IMG/VR virus record: IMGVR_UViG_3300045996_001806
Span: 1 to 60,429 of that record
Origin: a virus
Taxonomy: Duplodnaviria > Caudoviricetes
Length of the DNA: 60,429 bases
Strand: one strand, 5' to 3'
The position numbers were made by a program, and so were the translations under genes. Position 1 is the stretch's first letter, and the number at the start of each line of letters is the position of its first letter. The notes below the pieces were generated by a model that was given only the letters and a program-made list of their open reading frames with translations, had not been told where the DNA came from and made no database searches. This document shows positions 53,270-60,429 of this stretch, in pieces.

Positions 53270-54895
53270 ACGTCTTCGCCTGCGCTAGAGCCGTATAACC
53301 TCGAGGCCGAAGAGACCGTACTCGGTGCGTGTCTCCTGTCGGGCTCGGCGATCGACGTCGCGAGCGAGTACCTCGAGCCATCGACGTTCTATCGCGATAC
53401 GCACGGCGCGATCTACGGCGCCCTGCAGGCGCTTCGCTCTCGCGAGCAACCCACAGAGCCGCTTGCCGTCGCGGCAGAACTAGAACGTCAGGGCAAGCTC
53501 GCGGCGGTCGGCGGAAAGGCTCGCCTGGCCGAGCTCGCGGCGCTGGTGCCGGCGACGGGCAACGTCGGCCACTACGCAGCGATGGTGCTCGAGATCCATC
53601 GCTCGCGGGTCCTCTGCCGTGCAGCCGTTGCGATCCAGGCTGCAGCACAGAACGGCGGCGTCTCGCTGCATCCCGAGCTGCTCGACGAGATGCAGGAGGC
53701 GATGGACGCGGCCCGCGCGCTTCCCGGCGAGCCTTCGCTCCCGCCGGGTCCGATCTTCATCACCGCTCACGAGTTCGCGGCGTCGCACTTCGAGCCGCCG
53801 GAGCCGTTGCTCGGGACCACCGAGACGGCGATCCTGGCGGCGGGAAGCTTGAACCTCCTCGCGGGGCGTCCGGGCACCGGCAAGACGACCACCGTGCTCG
53901 ACCTCTGCTGCCATCTCGCTGCAGGTCTTCCCTGGCCTCCAGTCGACCCGGCCAACACGAAAGCTCCGCAGTCGTGGCCGTGCCCCCGCCCCCTTCGCTG
54001 CGCGATCATCGTGAACGAGGGTCCGCAGGAGATGTTCCGGGCCAAGGTGCAGGACAAGCTCACGAAGTTCCCGCACTCGATTGAGGACGCCGGCGGCGGA
54101 CTCTTTATCCAGTCGCTGAACTGGGGCGCGTTCTCTTTCCGCGACCGCTCGATCTTCGAACGCCTGCGCGACGAGCTCGACAGCCGCGACGTTGACCTTG
54201 TGGTCGGAGACCCGCTCGGCTCGCTCGGCCTCGAGGGCGTCGGCTCTCCAGCCGAGACGCTCGACTTCGTGAACCTGCTGAAGCCCCTCGGACTCGGCAC
54301 GCGCAGGGCCTTCCTTTTCCTCCACCACTTCCGCGAGCGAGTCGAGAAGGGAGAGGACGAGGTAGCGCGCCTGTCGGGAGCCTGGGGCGGCCATCTCGAC
54401 ACGCTCATCACGCTCGCCGCCGGGTCGCAGACCGACCAATCGCGCCTCGCCTATCCGAAGTTGCGCTGGAACACCCGAGAAAATCCAAGTCCCATCGTCC
54501 TCGCGCGCATCCGGAACACCCGCAGCGTCGAGGTCATCGGCGAGGAGTCCGACCACACCCTGCTCGAGCCTCAGATCCACGCCTACCTCGAGCGCTCGCG
54601 AGAGACCAAGGCGGATACCCAAGGCTGGCAGACCACGGACCAGATCCGGGCGGGCATCGAGGCTCGCCGCGTGGCCGTGCAGAAGGCCCTCGAGGGCGCT
54701 CCGCATCTCTTCGTCATGGTCACAGGCGACGAGGCCAAGAACCTCGGCGCGAAGTCGAAGGCCGCAAAGCTCTGGGGCCTGCGCGAATGGACAGAGGGCG
54801 AAGACTGGCGCGCCGAGCTCGAGGAGGATTCCTTCGGCAAGGCCGACGAGCAGGCCCGCTTCACGGATCGCGGCTCAGACGACATCCCGTTCTAG
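53270..54895 (+). CDS. Replicative helicase: DnaB N-terminal domain + RepA/AAA_25-like ATPase; probable ACG start
   Basis: PYNLEAEETVLGACLL...FYRDTH..IY...ELE..GKL..VGG in frame upstream of 53546; GRPGTGKT, VVGDPL, FLHH; ends DDIPF. Confidence 0.8.
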   Translation, partial: TSSPALEPYNLEAEETVLGACLLSGSAIDVASEYLEPSTFYRDTHGAIYGALQALRSREQPTEPLAVAAELERQGKLAAVGGKARLAELAALVPATGNVGHYAAMVLEIHRSRVLCRAAVAIQAAAQNGGVSLHPELLDEMQEAMDAARALPGEPSLPPGPIFITAHEFAASHFEPPEPLLGTTETAILAAGSLNLLAGRPGTGKTTTVLDLCCHLAAGLPWPPVDPANTKAPQSWPCPRPLRCAIIVNEGPQEMFRAKVQDKLTKFPHSIEDAGGGLFIQSLNWGAFSFRDRSIFERLRDELDSRDVDLVVGDPLGSLGLEGVGSPAETLDFVNLLKPLGLGTRRAFLFLHHFRERVEKGEDEVARLSGAWGGHLDTLITLAAGSQTDQSRLAYPKLRWNTRENPSPIVLARIRNTRSVEVIGEESDHTLLEPQIHAYLERSRETKADTQGWQTTDQIRAGIEARRVAVQKALEGAPHLFVMVTGDEAKNLGAKSKAAKLWGLREWTEGEDWRAELEEDSFGKADEQARFTDRGSDDIPF

Positions 54896-55960
54896 CAATC
54901 TGCGGCCGATCCACTCAGCCACGTTGACGGTCACGGCGTCGCCGATCGCGGCGTAGCGCTTCGTGTCGGCGCCGGGAAGGGTCCAGTTGTCGGGGAGTCC
55001 CTGCAGCCGCTCGCACTCGATGGGCATGAGCCGGCGCACGGTCATCCCCTGGCGAACGGTCGAGTAGCCCTGCCCAGGCTTCCCGCCGCCCGCCGTCAGT
55101 TGGTGAGCATACGGCGTCTCGAGCACCTCGGCGCGCTGGTTCTCGGACACGGCGTAGGCGCCGATCACGTCAACGTCAGTTGTCCGGAATCCTCCGTCGG
55201 CGAGGGACCCGAAGGTTCCGGCGACCCGGCTAGAGAGATCAGGGCGACCTTCAAGAACGGCGGCAACGTCTTCCCCCTCTTCGTCGCTCGCGCCAGAATG
55301 CCGGCTGCAGCTCGCGTTGAGAGCAAGTACGTCTCCGGCACGTTCTGCGGCGGCTCGAGGATCTCCGTCAGCATGGGCTCCGAGGATGAACACCCGTCTT
55401 CGTCGCTGCGGCACTCCGAAGAAGCGGCTGTTGACAGTCCGCCAAGCCATGCCATACCCGAGGTCGGCCAGCGTGCCAAGGACTGCTCCGAAGTCCCGAC
55501 CGCCATGTGAAGAGAAGAGACCCGGAACGTTCTCGACAAGGACCCATCGAGGTCGAACAGACTCGGCGACTCGAGCGAACTCGAAGAAGAGTCCGGACTC
55601 GTCTCCGGCGAGGCCTGCGCGCTTTCCGGCGACGGAGACGTCGGTGCAGGGGAAGCCTCCGGCGAGGAGTCCGGGGAGGTCTCCTCGATCGCCACGAGGA
55701 GCTGCGGGTTCCCCGGGTAGCGCAGGTCCATCGGCGTCAGCGTCGGAGCCACCGGGGTCTCCGTCCAGATGTCCGCCTCGCGGCTCGAGCCCCTGTGCGA
55801 CTTCTCGAACGTCCGCGTAGACAATGCATCCGGGGAAGCGCTCGCGGAGGATGCTTCGTCTCCATCCGTCTTTCTCGCAGAGGAGGGTGTGGGTGAGTCC
55901 GGCTCGCCGGAGGCCCTCGTCGAGTCCCCCGATCCCGGAGAAGAGTGACCAGACATTCAC
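54875..55960 (-). CDS. dcm: DNA cytosine-5 methyltransferase
   Basis: LFSGIGG, GGFPC, ENV, PQRRRRVF, RRL.P.ECERLQG.P, IGDAV. Confidence 0.95.
   Translation of the reverse strand: MNVWSLFSGIGGLDEGLRRAGLTHTLLCEKDGWRRSILRERFPGCIVYADVREVAQGLEPRGGHLDGDPGGSDADADGPALPGEPAAPRGDRGDLPGLLAGGFPCTDVSVAGKRAGLAGDESGLFFEFARVAESVRPRWVLVENVPGLFSSHGGRDFGAVLGTLADLGYGMAWRTVNSRFFGVPQRRRRVFILGAHADGDPRAAAERAGDVLALNASCSRHSGASDEEGEDVAAVLEGRPDLSSRVAGTFGSLADGGFRTTDVDVIGAYAVSENQRAEVLETPYAHQLTAGGGKPGQGYSTVRQGMTVRRLMPIECERLQGLPDNWTLPGADTKRYAAIGDAVTVNVAEWIGRRLLERDVV
55165..55956 (-). CDS. Alternative-frame ORF inside dcm (M.EcoHK31I beta-like)
   Basis: 263-aa frame with W..SGM...G, SE.., L..ILE, Y.LS..A..GIL.RA..RGK.LP..L..AL. 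Confidence 0.55.
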   Translation of the reverse strand: MSGHSSPGSGDSTRASGEPDSPTPSSARKTDGDEASSASASPDALSTRTFEKSHRGSSREADIWTETPVAPTLTPMDLRYPGNPQLLVAIEETSPDSSPEASPAPTSPSPESAQASPETSPDSSSSSLESPSLFDLDGSLSRTFRVSSLHMAVGTSEQSLARWPTSGMAWLGGLSTAASSECRSDEDGCSSSEPMLTEILEPPQNVPETYLLSTRAAAGILARATKRGKTLPPFLKVALISLAGSPEPSGPSPTEDSGQLTLT

Positions 55961-56169
55961 CCCAACACTCCGCGTTCCTGCTGCCGCTCGAAAACTCTCG
56001 CTTCGCGCTCCTCGCGGGCACGTCGCCGAGCTGCGCGCTCCTCATACGTCTGCCGCTCGTGATGATGGCAGCGGGTACGCACGCGGACGCCGGACGGGAG
56101 GCTCGGGAGCTTTATCCCGCAGTCCCTCCCGTCCGCCGTCACGCCGTCGCAGAAGTTGCGCCCGTTCAT
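55957..56169 (-). CDS. Zn-finger hypothetical protein
   Basis: FCDG...DCG...CHHH; coupled at both ends. Confidence 0.6.
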   Translation of the reverse strand: MNGRNFCDGVTADGRDCGIKLPSLPSGVRVRTRCHHHERQTYEERAARRRAREEREARVFERQQERGVLG

Positions 56170-56513
56170 TTCGCTTCGCGGGCGAGGATGTTGTAGACCG
56201 TCTGCCTCGTCACGCCCGTCTCGCGGGACATCGCCCGCCGGGGCACGCCCGCCTTGTCGGCGGCGACGATGGCGACCGCGAGTGCCCTGTCGGCCACCTC
56301 GAGCGCCGAGACGGCGACCTGGCGATTCCTGCCGGCGGCCCGCAGCACCTCGAGCGGATCGTCCGAGTCGCTAGAAAACCCAGGCTCCGGAGTGCTCGCG
56401 GGCTGCTCCTCTGGCGCCGCCCACGGCTCGGGCTCAGCCTCGGCGTCTAGCTCAACGACAGGCTCCTCGTTGAACTCCTGCCCTGCGGTGTCGTGTACGC
56501 GCACAGTCGGCAT
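56166..56513 (-). CDS. HTH DNA-binding protein
   Basis: AGVPRRAMSRETGVTRQTVYNIL. Confidence 0.75.
   Translation of the reverse strand: MPTVRVHDTAGQEFNEEPVVELDAEAEPEPWAAPEEQPASTPEPGFSSDSDDPLEVLRAAGRNRQVAVSALEVADRALAVAIVAADKAGVPRRAMSRETGVTRQTVYNILAREAK
56369..56401. repeat. 33-bp exact repeat, copy A
   Basis: CGCTAGAAAACCCAGGCTCCGGAGTGCTCGCGG. Confidence 0.9.
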
Positions 56514-56969
56514 CTACTCCTCCGTTCCCTCGAGCTTGTGGGCCAGGCCCATCAGACGCTCGTAGTCGGTGTTTTCGCCCGCGTCGATCTCGGCGAGCGT
56601 CTTCAGCATGTCAGCGGCGAAGGCCGCGTCTTCCGGGCTGAGAGTCGCCTCGGCAAGGCCGCGCGCTCGCCACCCGATGTAGAGACCGTCGTAGTAGCAG
56701 GCCTGAAAGACGATGTGCGCGGCCCGCTCGAGCGGATCTAGGGCGACCATTTCCGGCGTCGTGGTCGACAGGATCGCGGGAGTGAATCCCGGTCTCTGCT
56801 GCAGTACGACGCGAAGCGCGCGCTGGTCAGCGATGTGCTGGTACTCCTCGGTGTTTATGCCCTGCCGCCGCAGGGTCTCGAAGAGGTCCGTCTCCTCCGC
56901 GTCGGCGTCGCCATAGCGGGCCGCCACGCGCCAAGCGGAGTGCGGCCCGTCCTGCGTATGGCGGCTCAT
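56514..56969 (-). CDS. Hypothetical protein
   Basis: Coupled leftward ORF. Confidence 0.7.
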   Translation of the reverse strand: MSRHTQDGPHSAWRVAARYGDADAEETDLFETLRRQGINTEEYQHIADQRALRVVLQQRPGFTPAILSTTTPEMVALDPLERAAHIVFQACYYDGLYIGWRARGLAEATLSPEDAAFAADMLKTLAEIDAGENTDYERLMGLAHKLEGTEE

Positions 56970-57202
56970 CGAGCGAGCATGGTCTCGAGGGACGGGAGCA
57001 CCCGGTCCTCGAGGACCGATGCAACCGTGTCCATTGACTGCGCGATGGCGAGGCTCGCGTGCACCTCGGCCATCCGCAGGTTGTGTGTCACGAGACTCTC
57101 GCGGGCCTCGGCACTCATGCCGTCGCGGTTCGCGTAGCTGTCAGCGTTGTCCAGGTACGCGCGCGCTTCGGCGGCGTGGTCGATATGGCGTGGCATGATC
57201 AT
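56966..57202 (-). CDS. Hypothetical protein
   Basis: SD GAAAGGGG; A.VHA.LA.A motif. Confidence 0.7.
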   Translation of the reverse strand: MIMPRHIDHAAEARAYLDNADSYANRDGMSAEARESLVTHNLRMAEVHASLAIAQSMDTVASVLEDRVLPSLETMLAR

Positions 57203-57693
57203 TCCCCTTTCGCTTGTCGGTACTCGGCCAGGATGGCCCCTGCGTCGAGCATGGCTTCCTGTCGTGCCTCGCGGCGCAGCGCTTCCCGCTCAGTTTCTGC
57301 CGGCGGCCGACTCGCGCCCATGTCGGCGAGGTGATCGCTCATCTCGAACCATCGCCCGTCGACCTCGTGGCGCGTCCACCCGCACGAGCACACGGGCGGC
57401 ATTCCGGCGGGGCCGGGGTTCGCGACGTGCTCGCCCTCGAAATGCTCCGGCGGAGTGATCGGCTGTCCGTAGAAATTGCGCTCGAGCTCCTCCTCCTCGC
57501 CGCTAGAAAACCCAGGCTCCGGAGTGCTCGCGGTGATCCTCGCAGGCGTGCCGCAGGAGACGCAGGCCTGTGAGACCCGTCCGAAGGTGTGCCGCCCGCT
57601 CGCGCTCAGGCATGGCAGGGGCCATGTCACCTCCGCGTAGATTCCCGGGCCGACGTGATCGTTGACGCGCAGCCGCTCGGTGTAGCCGCTCAT
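57199..57693 (-). CDS. Hypothetical Zn-binding protein
   Basis: SD GAAAGGG; C....H.F....CVSCG, CSCGW...H. Confidence 0.65.
   Translation of the reverse strand: MSGYTERLRVNDHVGPGIYAEVTWPLPCLSASGRHTFGRVSQACVSCGTPARITASTPEPGFSSGEEEELERNFYGQPITPPEHFEGEHVANPGPAGMPPVCSCGWTRHEVDGRWFEMSDHLADMGASRPPAETEREALRREARQEAMLDAGAILAEYRQAKGE
57501..57533. repeat. 33-bp exact repeat, copy B
   Basis: Identical to 56369-56401. Confidence 0.9.
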
Positions 57694-57977
57694 GTCTCGC
57701 CCCTTTCGTTTGAGAGAAGCCACGCGGGCAGGGCGACAGGCTCGCCGCCCTCCACGTAGCGGAACAGAATCCCCTCCTCGGTCAGTTCCACCCGGAACAC
57801 ACGGTCTCGCCCGACGAGCTTGGCTAGCTGCGCGGGAACGTTGAGATGCGCCGTGCCCTTCTCGCCTGCCTGCGAGAATTGCAGGCGAGCCATTCCTCGA
57901 GGGAGGAGGTAGCGGCCCGTCGCACCCTTGCGGTGCGGACCTCCCGGGCCACTACGCACCTTCTCCTCGGCGCTCAC
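57690..57977 (-). CDS. AbrB/MazE-like DNA-binding protein
   Basis: LNVPAQLAKLVG....F.VELTEEGILFR. Confidence 0.55.
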   Translation of the reverse strand: MSAEEKVRSGPGGPHRKGATGRYLLPRGMARLQFSQAGEKGTAHLNVPAQLAKLVGRDRVFRVELTEEGILFRYVEGGEPVALPAWLLSNERGET

Positions 57978-58225
57978 GAGAACGCATCCCCGTCACGCTC
58001 GCCCCGGTAGTTGGCCAGGGCGACCCGCGCGACGACCTCGGCAAGCGGCTCGGCCGCCTCGGCATCGGTCAGCGTGTCGCAGTAGTGGAGGATGTCGGTT
58101 AGGACGTCGACCGCGTTGCCGATGGCGTCGTCGGAGTAGACGGCGGACATGGAGCGGGCGACGTGACCCATCGCCCGCATCCCCTGCTCCGCCCGTGTCG
58201 CGTTTCGCTCCTCGAGCGCGCTCAT
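57974..58225 (-). CDS. Hypothetical protein
   Basis: N..RAE, D.LTDILH.CD, A..NY..E. Confidence 0.7.
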   Translation of the reverse strand: MSALEERNATRAEQGMRAMGHVARSMSAVYSDDAIGNAVDVLTDILHYCDTLTDAEAAEPLAEVVARVALANYRGERDGDAFS

Positions 58226-58752
58226 CGGAGGGCCGCCAGTAGTTCCGGCACGTCGTGATCCGGCTCGTCCTCGAGCCGATCCTCTTTCCATGCCTCGAAC
58301 TCGTTGAGGTAGACGGACTGCAGCATCTGATACGGGATGTCCGCGGCCTCGGCCTTGGCGAAGCGCTCGAACCGCCGCCACTTGGCCAGGTCGACCGCGT
58401 TCCACTCATCCACGTCGCCGATCCCGGAGACGACTGCCCAGCCGCCGGAGCGGCCTTCGGCGTATACCTTCACGCCGTAGAAGGGCCAGATCTCCTCGGC
58501 GAGACCCTGCAGGTACTCGAAGCCGTGCTCGCAGCACATATGGAACAGGTGCATCCAGTCGTCCTCGGACACCCGCTCCTCGACCCACTCCCGCGTGAAG
58601 CGCGGATCGTGATCGTCCCCCTGGTACTTCTCGAAGTCGGCCCACCCCTCGCGGTCGACGGCTCCGTACACCTTCACGTTGGCCATCGGCAGGCCGCTCG
58701 ACCCCTGATGGTAGGAGCGCTGAACGTCGTCCTTGCGATAGCCCCTAGGCAT
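58222..58752 (-). CDS. Hypothetical protein (GRSGGW motif)
   Basis: A.NVK, EGRSGGW.V. Confidence 0.75.
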   Translation of the reverse strand: MPRGYRKDDVQRSYHQGSSGLPMANVKVYGAVDREGWADFEKYQGDDHDPRFTREWVEERVSEDDWMHLFHMCCEHGFEYLQGLAEEIWPFYGVKVYAEGRSGGWAVVSGIGDVDEWNAVDLAKWRRFERFAKAEAADIPYQMLQSVYLNEFEAWKEDRLEDEPDHDVPELLAALR

Positions 58753-59338
58753 CCGACTCACCCCTCGAGACCTGCGCGTACACCTCGTAGTTGGTCACGA
58801 CCATGCCGAGGAGGTTGGCCCGCTCCGGGTGCCGCCCCTCCGCCGTGTAGCGGTAGATGGGCGACATCTCCGGGTCATCCCGGGCGACGTCGCGCGGATC
58901 CGCGAATCCCTCCGAGATGGAGTAGCCCGCGAGCGCGTCGACCGGGCAGGTGGCATCGAACTCCGCCATCCCGATCCCGTTGTAGGCGTCCACGATCTCG
59001 TAGCGGATCACGGGCGGTGCGTCCTCGGCGTCGTGCACGGGGCACGTGTCGTCGTGCTCGAGCCGCCCGGGAACGCCGCCATCCCGGGTGCCCGTGCAGC
59101 GGCCCTCGGAGAAGGCGAGAAGGGCCGGACTGTTCACGGCCATCATCCGGACAAACTGCTCGAAGGTCTCTTTCAACTGCTCCTGCTCCCCCGGCATGAC
59201 GTCGCCATAGACGGGTCCGTAGCCCGCGGTCTCGAGCCGGGAGCAGATGAGCGCGAAGGCCGCTTGCAGCGCGTCCTCGGCGATGTCCTCGACGTTGACG
59301 TCGGCGGGGAGGTACTCGACGGTGTGAAGTGAAAGCAT
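58745..59338 (-). CDS. Hypothetical protein
   Basis: SD GAAAGGGG, acidic protein. Confidence 0.7.
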   Translation of the reverse strand: MLSLHTVEYLPADVNVEDIAEDALQAAFALICSRLETAGYGPVYGDVMPGEQEQLKETFEQFVRMMAVNSPALLAFSEGRCTGTRDGGVPGRLEHDDTCPVHDAEDAPPVIRYEIVDAYNGIGMAEFDATCPVDALAGYSISEGFADPRDVARDDPEMSPIYRYTAEGRHPERANLLGMVVTNYEVYAQVSRGESDA

Positions 59339-59340
59339 GA

Positions 59341-59544
59341 CTAGCCCCTTTCGCTAGTAGGTGCGGCCGCGGTGCGCGGCGCGTACAGGTAGATGGGCAC
59401 GGACGGGAAGGCCTCCTGATGAGCCTTCGCGCAGGATGCGCAGGACGGGAGGAGGCACCCGTCCTCGGCGGGGATGGCATGAGTCGTCGGTGCGTCACAG
59501 ACGCTGCACGTGGCCATCCCGAAGGGCGACAGGGCGAGGGACAT
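59341..59544 (-). CDS. Zn-finger hypothetical protein
   Basis: CSVC...CASC. Confidence 0.6.
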   Translation of the reverse strand: MSLALSPFGMATCSVCDAPTTHAIPAEDGCLLPSCASCAKAHQEAFPSVPIYLYAPRTAAAPTSERG

Positions 59545-60128
59545 CAGAAGTCCCGCGTGTCGCCCTTGCGGGCACGGTCGATGAGTGTCTGGACCATCTC
59601 GCCCACCTTGGCGGGGGGCACGTTGTCGGGACTGCACCATCCCTCGCAGTCGTGATCGAGGCACGCGCCGAAGGTGGCGTCCGGCTCCTCGGCGGGGTCC
59701 GGGATGCTCGCGTCGTCGGCGACCATGATGTCGTGCTCCACGCCGTCGATGTCGATGACGGCGCCGATGCAGAAGCACCCGCCGCCCGTGTGCCATACGC
59801 CGACGCTCTCCGGGCGGACGCCCTCGAGGGCCTTCAGCGCGGCGTGAATCTCCGGCCAGTGCTCATCCTGCGTGCGGCCCACGTAGAAGCACCCGCGGCA
59901 GAAGTCGACGTCCGGCTTGGTCGACTGAATCTCGGCGCCGCAGTAGCGGCAGGGCCGAGACTCACGCTCGACCTCCACGATCTCGAGGTACTCCTCGCCA
60001 ATCAGGACGCGGCCATCGGAGTACGTCTTGGTCCGGTTTACCATCGCCTCGACTGCCTCCCCGTGCGTGCGGAAGTAGTCGGTGAGCGCGGTGGTCTCGG
60101 GATGCTCCTTGTCGATGAGTGCGTACAT
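59544..60128 (-). CDS. Hypothetical protein (TGGGC motif, Zn finger)
   Basis: SD GAAAGGAG; CRYC..FCRGC, WHTGGGC. Confidence 0.75.
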   Translation of the reverse strand: MYALIDKEHPETTALTDYFRTHGEAVEAMVNRTKTYSDGRVLIGEEYLEIVEVERESRPCRYCGAEIQSTKPDVDFCRGCFYVGRTQDEHWPEIHAALKALEGVRPESVGVWHTGGGCFCIGAVIDIDGVEHDIMVADDASIPDPAEEPDATFGACLDHDCEGWCSPDNVPPAKVGEMVQTLIDRARKGDTRDF

Positions 60129-60131
60129 GGT

Positions 60132-60428
60132 CTACAACTCCTTTCCGAAGTCGGGCAGAGCAGTTCGCAGGTGCTCGAGCGTCGTGATGTCCGTGCCCAC
60201 GTAGGGAGCGTTCGGATGGCCGACGACTCCGAACTCCGGATCGGCATCGGACGCTTCGCCCTGGACGATCGCCTCGCCCGCCAGGTAGTCGATCTCGTCC
60301 TCGGTCAGTCCGGTGACGTCGTAGGCGACGATGAGAATCTGGCCGGGAGTCGCATCCGACGAGGAACCCCTGGCGATGAGAAGGCCGGAGCCGTCATCGG
60401 GCAGGAACTCGGTTGCGTCCTCTTCGGA
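60132..60428 (-). CDS. Hypothetical protein, 5' end outside window
   Basis: Open frame from edge: SEEDATEFLPDDG...PDFGKEL stop. Confidence 0.65.
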   Translation of the reverse strand, partial: SEEDATEFLPDDGSGLLIARGSSSDATPGQILIVAYDVTGLTEDEIDYLAGEAIVQGEASDADPEFGVVGHPNAPYVGTDITTLEHLRTALPDFGKEL

Positions 60429-60429
60429 G

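Noticed and set aside
1-60429. Complete circular genome or integrated prophage boundaries
   Set aside because: The ends do not join, the last gene is truncated, and no integrase, att site or host gene was recognised.

Overview
The window is most of a high-GC tailed (siphovirus-type) bacteriophage genome. It has actinobacteriophage-like organisation; the host assignment is an inference from GC content, codon style, the C1:U72 initiator tRNA and gene families. Layout: 1-480 is a G-rich non-coding repeat region. 630-5365 holds small genes, a DPPY methyltransferase and a variant tRNA-fMet. 5523-7765 is the terminase. 8091-14397 is a large glycan-modification cluster (five GT-A-like glycosyltransferases, a PIG-L-like deacetylase, two methyltransferases), with a sixth glycosyltransferase at 18928. 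15078-38575 is head and tail morphogenesis, including a prohead protease fused to a 2H phosphoesterase and a -1 frameshifted tail chaperone. 38638-42356 is lysis. 42476-54895 is recombination, replication and regulation. 54875-60429 is a leftward arm with a C5 methyltransferase carrying an alternative-frame gene; its last gene is cut by the window edge. No integrase, DNA polymerase or CRISPR array was recognised. The most notable signals are the glycosylation cluster, an initiator tRNA with an altered anticodon arm alongside four apparent non-AUG/GUG/UUG starts, several large structured RNAs crossed by short ORFs (notably the helicase leader), a shared late-promoter motif, and a 27-bp motif present three times. 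All product calls come from motif recognition by eye; no searches were run.
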